The notes below the pieces were generated by a model. The model saw only the letters and a list, made by a program, of their open reading frames with translations, was not told the DNA's origin and did no database searches. From Neodothiora populina (taxonomy: Eukaryota), in the NCBI RefSeq assembly GCF_041146345.1, contig NW_027191410.1, positions 372,001-436,000 of the forward strand: 64,000 bases of DNA, read 5' to 3'. This document shows, in pieces, positions 45,679 through 57,446 of the stretch (the first letter of the stretch is position 1; each line of letters starts with the position of its first letter). A program made the translations under genes and the position numbers.

Positions 45679-47412
45679 CTAGTACTTGGCTGTCGTCCTT
45701 CTTGATAATTCCCAAGCAGCTCTTAGCACTGCTATACCTCCACCCTGCGTTTCTACAGTCCGGCCACGCCCGCGGTCATTAACGTCATTCGTGCCATCAG
45801 CTCGAGATCGGATGTCAGTTGCAGCGAAAGTCGTAGCACTCTGCTGCGTATCATATGGCTGTAGATCTTCTAGCGACGTCCAAGGAGACAAAGACAAGAG
45901 CGACACATCATTCCTATAATCTTGTGCACCTTCAGGTAAAGGTGCGGTAATGTCGTTGTCGACGCCTGAAGAACCCCACCACATACCGAACTGCCCTCTG
46001 GTGTTTCGAGATCGCAAAGCTGCTCTCGCGTTATATGACGCCCAGCGGCTTATCTCGGAGCATTGTCGCCCATGCGTGCTCGCAAGATTTGGACTGGCGT
46101 GGTAGGTCTTGCCAGGCAGGAGTGGTTCGACAGGAAGCGGCATGCAGAACTGTGTCAGATGTTGGAAGAATATACCTTTGAAGGTTTGCGAGTCTTGACT
46201 ACACTGTCCTGAACTGTCACAGATGTCCTCAAGAACGCCATTTCGTCCAAGTCCAGCCCAATCAGGGGATCTAGACGAAGCGTCCTCAGACCACCCGGTC
46301 GCGGCCATCACATTCCGGATTAGATGATAACCATCTTGCAGGTAAGCTTGATTGCCTGTGGCTTCCCAAAGACCCCGCAGACCAGTCAGAACAACACCTT
46401 GGTTGTACGTATATACGATCTCATTGCGCTCGTCGCATTTGCCTGTTCCGATCGTCCCGTTCACACCCCAATCTGTCACATGAAACCCATCTACGTAAAG
46501 ACCTTGCGCGTTCGTCATGTTGCTATCCTTGAGCCAGGCGTAGCCCTTGACAGCAGCGTCAAGATACTTTGGATCATGAGCACGGCCAAATGTCGAGTTC
46601 GTTGCATCGGAGATGAACGGGAATGTGTTCTCGTCTCCTGGAAAGTAAAGATACATAGAAACAGATGCTGAAATGAACAATTGATTCGTGATCGCATTCT
46701 TGTACGGCGTAAGACGAGGGTTCCAGATCATACCACCGTCGCAGATCTTGGTATCCCAGCCATGCGACGCGAGATCCCAGAAGACTCGTGCTCGATGAGC
46801 AAAACCTGGTATGAATTGACTTCCATGCCAGAGAGCGTCAGTCCTATTGCGAGCATTGATGAACTTGATACTTTCCAGCCAGCCTAGGACGACCCAGAGC
46901 ATATCATCAAATGCTTCATTGCGTATACCGAACGCATCTTCGCCGAAATAATACGCAATGTTATGGGCAAAGTATTCGTTGATGATTTCGGTAGACTTGA
47001 CGCGGCCAGAGTCGTTGTCGTGTCGAGCCAATGATCCCAGGAGGGCCGATACATACGTGTTGACCACAGCACCAGTCCAGTCGATACAAGTAGGCCAGGT
47101 CCCGATCCAAAGCTCGAAGAAACGCGCTTGCATTGTTTGAAGCGCATTCACGGCTTCATCCAGAAATGATTGGCCGGAGCGTTGCAAGTCATTCGCTGGA
47201 TAAAGACGTTCCTGATCGCTACTGCGAATAGCATCTCTCGCCACATCATGGTGATTCTGCCAATACTCGGGTAATAGAGGGGTGTGCTGTGAGGCGGAGG
47301 CAATTTCGGCAGGTTGACTGATCGCTAAGCTGACGTGATGAGACAGCAAGCAGAGGGGGATGCTACTATACGCCGCCAAGTAGGCTGCTGCTCGACTGCA
47401 AACATGCACCAT
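45679..47412 (-). CDS. Glycoside hydrolase family 76 protein (alpha-1,6-mannanase/Dfg5-like), probably secreted
   Basis: Catalytic FDDMLWVVLGW, plus CDGGMIW, YKNAITNQLF, YTYNQGV and QTFKGIF. The N-terminus is hydrophobic. Confidence 0.9.
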   Translation of the reverse strand: MVHVCSRAAAYLAAYSSIPLCLLSHHVSLAISQPAEIASASQHTPLLPEYWQNHHDVARDAIRSSDQERLYPANDLQRSGQSFLDEAVNALQTMQARFFELWIGTWPTCIDWTGAVVNTYVSALLGSLARHDNDSGRVKSTEIINEYFAHNIAYYFGEDAFGIRNEAFDDMLWVVLGWLESIKFINARNRTDALWHGSQFIPGFAHRARVFWDLASHGWDTKICDGGMIWNPRLTPYKNAITNQLFISASVSMYLYFPGDENTFPFISDATNSTFGRAHDPKYLDAAVKGYAWLKDSNMTNAQGLYVDGFHVTDWGVNGTIGTGKCDERNEIVYTYNQGVVLTGLRGLWEATGNQAYLQDGYHLIRNVMAATGWSEDASSRSPDWAGLGRNGVLEDICDSSGQCSQDSQTFKGIFFQHLTQFCMPLPVEPLLPGKTYHASPNLASTHGRQCSEISRWASYNARAALRSRNTRGQFGMWWGSSGVDNDITAPLPEGAQDYRNDVSLLSLSPWTSLEDLQPYDTQQSATTFAATDIRSRADGTNDVNDRGRGRTVETQGGGIAVLRAAWELSRRTTAKY

Positions 47413-48510
47413 GATATATCATTCAATGGAAAGAATATATCTCACACCCAGGGCTGACAGATTCGAGCGAGGCTATGCTTTTATACAATAATAGACGGTC
47501 AAGAGATGCTGTTCGGCGGGTACGGGTGGATGATCACAATCCGAGCTGCAAGTGGATCTTCAATAGTTTGAATATCAGCCCTTCATGGCCACGATGTCAA
47601 CTATTTGACCTCTTCACACCGCATGAGAAGGGCAATTGGAGATGGACACTCCTGGGCGGATGCACGTTTACCCAACGCATGACATGTGCTAAGACATCTT
47701 GGTCTTATGGTCGCATCCTGAGGCTCGGCTGAGAGATAAGCGTGCCTTGAGCCTTCTCCGCTTGGTTATTGCGTAAAGTTCAGAACGACCTGGACTGAGA
47801 CCACGCGGCGGCTGCCCTTGTAATACTTTTCTTGTATTGTTAGACACCTCTGAGGAAATTGTAGGGACAAGAATCCTATCTGTATATAGAGACGAGCACT
47901 ATGTATCAAAGAAAACTAAGTATGAGTGAGTCTTACCACGTTGGTGCTGCGACTCGGCGGCCATTGCGACAACGCAGACCCGGTTACAACCGCCATGAGT
48001 GACGCGACCCTGTCCTCGTTATGAAGTGTGTATTGCATCCACCTACCCCCGACCTTATCCACCACGAACATTGCAATCATGGAATGCAGAAGGCTGTTCA
48101 ATGACTCTTTGTGTCAATGTAGAATGACAGATAAGCAAAAAAGTCAAGGACGAGCAGCGTCATGTCTTTCAAAGCAGGCATATTCTACAGATTAGTGTGA
48201 CTCGATTGATATGGCTATTCACAAGAATACTCTAACCGTACTTACTCCCTCGAGAAGTGAAGTCCGGTGATGAGGACTACCAAACCACATAGCACACTTT
48301 CTCCATGCTCCTTCCCAATGGTATGGCGCCGAGGTGCCGAGAAGGGACAGATGCGACAAACCCACAAATCCGTTCTTTCCAAAATGCAATTCCTCGGCAT
48401 GGGTGCCTATAAAAGGAGGTGGATCTCCCACAACGTTCACTTTCCTTTCATCTCTTTGCTCGACCGCAACTTCGTCACAACAAAGTGCAGAGCAATACAG
48501 ATCCTCGAAC

Positions 48511-49405
48511 ATGTCCGTTGAACAGTCCAACCTCTCGAACGGTGCCCCTGCATCCTCCGCGTAAGTGTCTTCTGTCAGGCATGACTTTGTTTACTCATCT
48601 GGTGTTGACTGACCTTCTAAAGCAGACTCCCACCTATCTTCATCGGTATGAAGCGCACCTCTGACGGCATGCCAAAAGCCATGCCTGACGACGTAGTTTC
48701 TGCAGCCGAAGATGAGCAGGACGTGGACAAGGAGAAGCACAACAAGAAAGTCAAGAAACTCATGACCAACATCCTGTGCTGCGCAAACAACATCATCAGA
48801 GAGACCGAAGGGGAGGGAGACCTCGAGGCAATCCGCTACGATGCTGCCAAGATTGCCGACAACCGCGACTACCTCGAGCGTGTTCTCAACAAGTAAGTTT
48901 TGTTCTTCACTTGGGAGAAAGTCATTAGCTGTACTGACAATGTCTGGGCAGGCGCAGTGACGAGAACATGCCAGAGACTCCCAAGAGTGGAGGTGCGATT
49001 CGCAAGGTTGACATCGACGCAAAGCAGCTCAATGCGTTGATCCAGAGCAAAGTTGAAGAAGAAGTCAAGGTGGTCAAGAGTCAGCTCAAGGCCTACATTC
49101 GTCGCACCATGGATCGTATCGGCAGAGAAACCAAAGACGAGGTCCAGGACGCCATGACCTTTGACCTCCATGAACGCATCGTGGAAATTGTTGAGTCTCA
49201 CTTCAATGCCGGATTGATCGATTACGAGGATGATATGGGTGTCCACATCAGCGAGCGTATCATGGACGGTATGAAGGAATTCATGGACGAGGACATGATA
49301 AAGGTCAAGCAGGCGGTCATGGCGGTCATTCAGGCAAGGGAAAACCAGGGTCTTCCAACTACCGCTCAGGGTCAGCTCAGCGCGGTCGCAGGCCTCCTTC
49401 ACTGA
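48511..49405 (+). CDS. Three-exon orphan helical/coiled-coil protein; exons 48511-48560, 48626-48892, 48952-49405
   Basis: TATAAAA at ~48408. Two canonical introns (GTAAGT...CTGAC...CAG) join three separate ORFs in frame, and codon usage is coding-like. Confidence 0.75.
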
Positions 49406-50318
49406 GAAGGCACTTCTCTGACCTCGTTGTCGTCCAGAACTCACATGCTCACAGCAAAGGAAGTGCGGATGGAAAGGCATGAAGCCTGCAATAGCTGCCT
49501 AGATGTAGCTGTTTAGCTATATTAGCACTTCAGCATAGGAGAATGCATGAATCTGTACTTTTACTCTATCACCCCAAAACCTTCCAGACCGTGACCAGTG
49601 ATACTGTCGGATAGTCAATCAACAAAGCGATGATGACTCTACACAACATAGGTCACAAGAAATCACACAGCCATGATCCTGATACCCAAGGTAAATTTCA
49701 TCGTGAACATGATTTCCTTGCAAATTTTGTTTCGGATTTTCTCAATCTACAAGCAGGTCATTAGTCTCTTTTTTTCCGCTCTCAATCTCAATTACCATTC
49801 CTTGCTCTTCTTCTCAACATGCAGACAGAGAGGTGGGGGTCGGGGAGAAAAGGCTCACCTAGACAAATCATCAATAATCACCGACTTGATCGTAAAGAGA
49901 GCAAGTCGGCATACAGGCAAGTGGAAGTCAACTTCGTCTTTCCTCTTCGTCCTGGTGTCAATCCTGACCAACGAGACAAGACAAATTCCCTCCTTGTATG
50001 GTTCTCCTGATTCTCTTGTTTCCCGCTTGTTCTCTCGTGCCAGATGGACGAGAAATGCTGTGGTCGTTGCTGTGTATTTTTTACGCTCAGGAGATCAAGG
50101 AATTTCTACACCGTCGGCGATGTGTTTTTCTTGCTTATCGTTGCGTTCCCTTGCGTCGTAGTTCGTGAGCCCATTGACTTCCTCGGTGATGGCTTATGGA
50201 GTCCAGAACATGCCACGAGCTGCAGTGATCGAATCATCCAAGCTACACTCGCATCGCCACGCATCGCCACGCATCGCCAATAGTCAGGGAGAGGAAAGGC
50301 GCAGGATCAAGAGCGCGC

Positions 50319-51010
50319 TCAATCCACAAGATCATCATCGTCGTCTCCGCGTCTAGGCGCACCCGGACTTCTACTCCTGCTCCTGTTTCTCTGTCTGCCA
50401 CCATTACGTCCCCCTCTCACGGCGCCGCCATTGCCGTTGTTGTTGTTACTGTTGTTCTTGCTGGGAGGAGGCCTGACGAAGGCAAAGTCGACGTTGATGG
50501 TTTGCTCAAGCAGTTTCGTGCCGTTGGCGCCTTCGACGGCTGCTTGTGCTTCTGAGAGGGTCGGGTACTCGATTAGGACATAGCCCTTGGGGGGCGTGTT
50601 AGTATTGTTCTCGTGTGCCCTGCAGGAGCTGACGGAAGAGAGTGTGTTTCCAGTCATACCTTGACGTAACCCGTCCTCCGATCCAGATTCAAATGCAGAT
50701 TCCTGATCTCGCCGAACTCGCCGAACAAGTCCATCAGATCCTCTTCGGAAGCCTCCTCGTGCACGCTCGTGCATATGACGATCCAGCCCTCGATGCTGCG
50801 CACTGCCACGGCTCCTGTCGTTGTCTTGACTTCGTTGGCTGAGGGTTTGCTGGTGCTGTTGTTGTGGTCTTCGTCGACGTCGCCGTCGGCGGCCATGGGG
50901 GTCGGCGAGCGTGAGATCTGTGCCTGCTGCTGCGGGTCTTCCTGTTGGATAGTGTCTGCGGGACCGGTCGCGTCGACTTCCATTTCGGTGGTGTTGCTGG
51001 CGTCGGCCAT
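50319..51010 (-). CDS. RBM8A: Exon-junction complex RRM protein Y14; intron 50586-50659
   Basis: RSIEGWIV...[29 protein letters not shown]...[11 protein letters not shown], followed by an RSRS tail. Confidence 0.95.
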
Positions 51011-51980
51011 GTTGGGTTGTTGCTTTTGTGTTGCGAGAGTAGGTGTCCTGTGTTTTTGCGCCGAGCGACTGGTGCCTCTAAACACTTGGCGAGCCGGGTC
51101 TTGGGAATGTAGATGCAGCGCGCGAGGCGGTGCAAGGTTCAAGGTTCGAAGAGCGTTGCAATTGGTGCTTTCTCTGTCTTGTAGGTGGGATTGTGAAGTT
51201 GTGACGTGGAATTGCTGTTTAGAATCATTCCATTATTGGGAGCTTGAGAGAGTCGCGCGTAAAGTCGCGGCTTCGGCCGAGGTTGAGCCGACCCTGTCAC
51301 CCCCACTACGCCTTCCATCTTCTATACCAGACCATTGCCATGACTGTCGATTCACATGGTTCTTCTCTGTCACAAGCCATGCACTCGTTGCAAAAAGGAA
51401 GGTTTGTAGAGACATGGCTGTCTGTTTGTTGATTGATTGCGTTGCTACGGTGGGAGTGATATAACAGGATACACAGATTGGTAGTTAAAACCAATATCTC
51501 CCATGTGCGGTGTTGTTTGCAAAGCATTCGCTAGGTAGAAACTGAAAGAGCACATCGACTTTTGGGGAAAAGGCCACCAACCGTTGGAACAAAATCAATC
51601 TTTTAGACTTACAACAAGGGAAGCTACGTAGTATAATGCTTCCGATCCGCGAAAAGGAGGGTTCAGTACGCGCGCGCGGGTCATTCATATCATTGCTTTC
51701 TTCTCCCAGTCAGCGCTCCCTTCTTTCCATGCAATGCACCAGATGGGATCCGTGTTCGGGTCAATGAGATCAACCACTTAGCTGCTTGGGAGATTGCACT
51801 TGGTCCATGTCCACCAGATCCAAACCAGAAGGCATCCTGCGGCCACTGATACCAGCAAGTTCTCGTGTCATCCGGCCTAGATGTGAGGCAAGGAACATGT
51901 AGTTAGGAATCGAGTACAGTGGTCTTGCGCACCTTGACAACCCTGTTCCCCTTATCGTATCTCTGTTTCCCCAGACTGCT

Positions 51981-53539
51981 TCATCCTTGCGCGTCCAGCA
52001 CTTTGTCCGAGTCTTGCACGGGCCCCGTGACGCTGCCTTCGAGGCCGATCGGCTCGAGGACCGTCTCCTCTCCCTTTTCAGGCGTGAAGCTGTACTTTGC
52101 TGTCGAAGCCAGCATCTCTTCGGGAGACTTCTCTGCATCGTTGAAAACAAGTCGCTGCGCCTTCTTGGCCTTTTTGGGTTCCGCTTTCTCCGCCTTCTCT
52201 GGTGCAGGGGTGGGTGTGGCTGACGGCGCAGCAGCAGCAGCAGCAGCAGCAGGTGTTTGGGTTGACTGTTCAGCCGCGTTGGATATCAGATCGTCGACAC
52301 TCTGTGCATTGGTGTTGCCATCTCCGGCGGACTGGGACGGTAGCAACTGAGGTTGCGCTTCTCCAGCGGCATTGACGCCTTGATGCATGCCCGCCAACTG
52401 CTCCCGACTTACATGAGGCGCGTTGAATGAAGGACGTTGCGGCAGTCCAGGAGCCGCGGGCAGGCTGTTCTGGCGCGGGGGAGCTTGCTGTGTGGGAGGA
52501 GGACCAGTCGAAGGGAGGCGCGGCGCATACTGATTGAACGGGCTGCCGGCGTGCGGAGCAGCATGTGGAGTCGGAGCACCGGGTGGCGCATACTGACCAA
52601 AAGGCGGTGGAAAAGCCGATGGCTCTCCATAAGGCTGCTGTGGTGCAGGTGAGAAGTGCGGTTGCGGAGGAAACTGACCTGGAGGGAAAGCTCCTGGTGG
52701 TGGCGCTTGCGGTGCACCCCCGAAGGCATCTGCATAACCGTACGGCGCTGCTTGCGGTGCGCCATAAAAGGGTGGCGGAGCGCCTGCCGCGGTCACGGGT
52801 GGCTGCCCATACAGATGAGGATATGCTGGCTGTGGAGGACTTCCAGCAGAAGGTGCCGGATAAGGGTTCTGAAATACAGGTGGCGTACCTGTCTGTGCCT
52901 GAAGACAAGGTTCAGCTGGATTGCAATTACCAGAGAGAATAGAAGAACTCACCGGTGTGTTGGGGTCACTGCTAATGGAGCCCGCAGCTTCGGCAGCCTT
53001 CTTCGCCTTGTGCTCCGCCAGTCTCTTCTTCAAATCGGCCGGAGACTCAAACTTTGGTTTCTTCGCCCCTGAGCCGCCCTGTTGATTGCCAGAGCCACTT
53101 CCAGGTCCTGCATTTCCAGATATCGCGCGTCGCTCTGCCTCGGCGGCGAAGAACTCATGGCTGATCCTCTGGTTGTGTGCTAGCAGAATGTCTTCAGGAA
53201 TGCCCTCCATACCAAATATCTCAATGTCGGGGGCGGAGCGGTTAGCCAACGCATTCTCCACCGTCGTCAGGTTTTCCTTATGGACTTGATTCATGTGCAC
53301 AGACAAACCTGGTAAAGTGTCAGCAAAGCGGCGGACCTCCCCGACATGTATTCACGCCTCCAGCTCAACATACCTCCGGCAGTGTTCAGTCTTCGCCCGC
53401 ATCTGTCACACTTGTAGTGCTTCGCCTTTTGATGAGAGATGAGAATCTTCAAGTCGTCGAAGTCACGCTCACAGTAATAGCACCACGGACGCGCCATGAT
53501 CTCCTCGACATCGGGGTGGTTTCTCTTCTTCTTACCCAT
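51981..53539 (-). CDS. C2H2 zinc-finger protein ZNF207/BuGZ-like with a Pro-rich region; introns 53309-53373 and probably 52899-52952
   Basis: [51 protein letters not shown]...[10 protein letters not shown], with a C-terminal LVFND-x-x-x-SPEE motif. Confidence 0.92.
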
Positions 53540-54899
53540 GATGACGACTGAGCGCTATGGACACAAAGCCAGGGACAAAGCAACCAGAGGCAGCAAAGAA
53601 CAGCCTAGTCTGCGAGTTTGGAGATGTGTAAACAGCGGAGTTAGTTCTTGAATGGAATAAGGTGTAAGTGCATGACGAAGTGGTGTAGCATCGCAGCATC
53701 GCAGCATGTGAACTCCGTCAAGCGCTCGGACCAGCTCGATGTCGTCGGGTAAGCTCCGGGATAACGCGGTGCCAAGCGGCTACTTGGATCATCTTGATCT
53801 GTCCGCTCTGTCCGCGTCTCTTCTTCATTTTGATACTGAGAAAAGCTGGACTATGTCTGTTGTACAATACCCACTTCAGACCATGAAGCGTTGCAATATC
53901 GGCCCGGTCCATGTGTCAGACCTCGACGCCATTCCGCTCAGGTGGATGAGAGTGTATAGAGCTTCGGAAGCACTGTCACATTGTTAGGTGACCAGATCGG
54001 ACCAGCAAAGGTCGATAGTCCTGCCCGCAGTACAGGATAGGATGGATAGAGTCCGGGACAAGACAATGAAGCATCAAGGCAAGTCGGTATTCTGGGAGCA
54101 ACGTAGAGAGGATGGCTTTCCAGCAGTCGTCTCAAGCGTGGTTGCCATGCCATCACAAGAAACTTCCCCTGCACTTCACCACGACCGCAACACCTCAAAC
54201 CCAGCCACTCACCCACTCATGGACACATTGGAGGTCCCCTCTCGCGGGGGGAGCAGTCTGTCTGTTTCACGTCTTGTGTCCAGGCAATGCTGTGGGCTGG
54301 AAAAGAGGGGGGAAGTGAACATGCTTCGGCATCTCCTTTTCTTACCACCGTTGCAAGACCAAACTTATTACCAGCGTCCTCATAGTTCATATCTTCGCAG
54401 TCTGATCTTTCACTCTTTTCTTTTGGAAGGAATGGAAACCCGGGCCCTCGGTTGAAGACTGACTCCGTGCGTCGCAACATCTCGTGCCTCTACATACATA
54501 TCAATTATCACAACATAGACACCATCGCATCTCTTACGTAGTCACTGAACATTTGAAACATCAATGAAAAGGATTCGTTGGTCTCATTCACATATAGAAG
54601 AAAATTTGGTATCTCGGATTCGCGACTTTTGTAGAATAGCATGGCGGAGAAAAAGGCGTCAGTCGATTTGAAGAAATTGCTGCGCTGTACTGCAGGTGCA
54701 GCCAAAGTAATCCAGTACTGAAGCATCAGGTTCCCCCAGCCGTGTGTCTGGCATTTCCGTAGCCAGAAAAAAACTAGTCCTTCAACGCCATGTAGCTGTT
54801 GTTTCGTAGCTTTTCTTTTGCCCGCTCTTTCTTCATCTGATTGAGCCTCTCCACCCCCTAGAGCTTGGATATATGCATCATGTTGTTGATTGCACGGAT

Positions 54900-55506
54900 T
54901 TACTCCTCATCCTCCTCGTCGGCCTCGAGGGTGGTCATGGCGATACGGTCCAAATCACGCTGGCCGGACTGGGTGATGCGGCGGCCACCCTTGTCCTCGT
55001 CCTGCTCAAGGACGCCGATCTTCTCGAGGGACTGGACGACCTTGCGGTCGACGGAGCCGGAGGCATCGACGTGGTGAGAGGGGCGGGAGCCACGGTTCTT
55101 GGTGGAGCCGTGGACCTTGCGGAGACGGCCGACACCGACGGTCTTGCGGAGGTAGATGTGGCGAGCGACGGCGGCAGCGCGAACGTAGTACCAGTCAATG
55201 CTCTGGGGAGGGAGCTCCTTGGAGGGGCCGGTCTTGACAGTGTCAACCCAACCTGTAGATAATGTCAATATGCCATTCTTGAAGAAAGTGCGGCGGACAT
55301 TATCCCCCGATGTTTCACGGGATTCAGGTGGACGCACCAGGGATAGGGAGCTTTCCCTGACGCTTCAGGAAAGAAGCGTAGTTCTGGATGAACTTGTCCG
55401 CCTTGAGAGATCAGTCAGTAAAGATGCACACTCGCGCCGGGACAGGGACGTCGCGTTTTTCATCGCGCAAACATACAGGGACATCGCGCACGCTGACACC
55501 GGGCAT
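54900..55506 (-). CDS. RPS19: 40S ribosomal protein eS19; introns 55402-55476, 55253-55337
   Basis: MPGVSVRDVP|ADKFIQNYASFLKRQGKLPIP|GWVDTVKTG...WYYVRAAAVARHIYLR...GQRDLDRIA. Confidence 0.98.
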
Positions 55507-56131
55507 TTTGGCGGATTAATGGAGATGGTTTGTCGGTGGTGGAGGAATTGTCGTGCGGAAGTCGTCGTCCTTGAAATCAAGAGAAGAGATTGAACAACGG
55601 TATGAAAATGCGTGATTCGAACATGGATTTTGCGATGGCCCGTGCGCTGTGTGAGCCCGAAGCTTAGGCGGTCCAAACCGGCTTGGCGTTGGGGTTGTCC
55701 ATCGATGTCGCTTCATCTGAGCGCTCTTGCTATTTGCTTATAGTAGCACTGGTATTACAATACTCATGTCCTGTTCTTGTCCAACGTTGAAGATACTCAC
55801 TTGTCAGCCCTGTAGCATCATCATGACTGCCTCGTTGCGATCTATATATGTTCAATCAGCTCTTGCTGAGATATACCGGAAATCTATGGAGTACAGCTAG
55901 TCATTTCCCTGGAACGAGTAAATGATCAGGCAGACACAGATGCAGTATATAATACATATCTAATCAAAATCCTGCAGCAGTGTTTCAATCGCCACTTGCT
56001 TGCATCCTTCAAAGACTTATCGTAAAACATACAAGTTTCTTTGTTGACTTTCTACTCTCGACTATAGCCCAGTCTATGAGTATACGACTTTGATCTGAAG
56101 TAGGAATGTGCCGTAGTCCCTGTCCCAATAC

Positions 56132-57287
56132 ATGGCTTCCACCAGCTTGGATTACGCAGTAGAGCAAGAAGTCAACTCCTTCTTCTTTCAGGCCACTACG
56201 ACGCGAGCTGCCTGCGATGCCCGTGCAATCGAGCTTGTCGGTGGTGGCGTTACTCTGGTCGCTGTGCAGGGCGTCTGCAGCTGTAGATGTGGTTCAGTTT
56301 CGACTCAAATCTCTCATGCTGCCGCTCGATACCGTGAGCCTTGCCCACAAGATATACGGGCCCTTCGTACCAAGCGTGTCGTTCGAGGGTCAGCTTGGAG
56401 AGGAGGTGGAGGATAAAGAAGTCGTCTACGTCTATGTCATGTCTCGAGTCAAGGGCATCAGCCTTTTAGACTTCATACTGGCCAATGGATATCCGGCTGA
56501 CAGCTCCGCCATCTGCGCCGCGCGACTGAATATTGTTACCGGTGTCGCCCAGTAAGCTTGTGCTCGACTGGCTCTGATGGTACGTGTTGACAAGGATTCA
56601 CTCAAGTTCTTCGCTCTTGGATGGGCAGCTCCACAGCACGTGGATAAAACACAACTCGATGACTTGCGTGGCCGCTATGAGAAGGACCTAGGTCTGCCAT
56701 CCACTGCGCTGCCAGACCGCTTCCGCCCAATCATCCAAGGAGTTCTTCACGCCATGCCATTCACCATGTCTCTCCCCTTACTGCTCCTCCACAAAGATTT
56801 CGGTGTCTGCAACATCATGGTCGACGAGAAGACGTGCCACTTGACTGGAGTGATCGACTGGGCCGAGGCAGAAATCGGACCGTTCGGGCTCAACCTCCAC
56901 TCTACGCGGCAGATAACGGGTCACTTTTATCTGCGTAATGGGTGGGCTCGATACATCGACTACGAGGTCTTGCATGATGCATTTTGGCAGACCCTAAGGG
57001 AAGCAATGGGGGGCTTGAGCAAGGAGGAAATCCGCGCTGTCAAGGCGACTATGGTTCTGGGATTGTTGCTATCTCATGGATTCACGTCTCGCCTTGCGAA
57101 CATGCCTGACCCGGTCCCTATCTCTGATGATGAGACCGGGGCTTACAATATATTGCACCTCGACGGTTCGCTTCTCAATCTTGACACAAAGTTCATTGAT
57201 CAGGCTGAGTTGTTCGACCAAAACTACCAAGAGTGGACACCGGACACTGATAGACATGTTTGGCAAGATAAATACATTGACTGTTGA
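56132..57287 (+). pseudogene. Disrupted aminoglycoside-phosphotransferase/protein-kinase-like gene
   Basis: APH-type motifs QGVCS, VVQFR, LHKDFGVCNIMVD and GVIDWAEA are present. The frame changes at ~56281 with no room for an intron, and there is no in-frame acceptor for the donor at 56552. Confidence 0.7.
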
Positions 57288-57446
57288 ATTGTTCTAACCA
57301 TCGTGAAAGAATATAGGCCAGGCGCGATGAGGACGATAGGAAAAGGATATCATTAGTCATCAGTAAAGCCTGACACTCATTATTTAAAAGTCCTGCGTGC
57401 CCATATAGCCACATGATTCGAATGTAATCATTAGTCAAAAAGCCTC

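Noticed and set aside
53718..54726. Short ORFs between ZNF207 and RPS19
   Set aside because: No motifs or coding-like composition, consistent with promoter and 3' UTR sequence.
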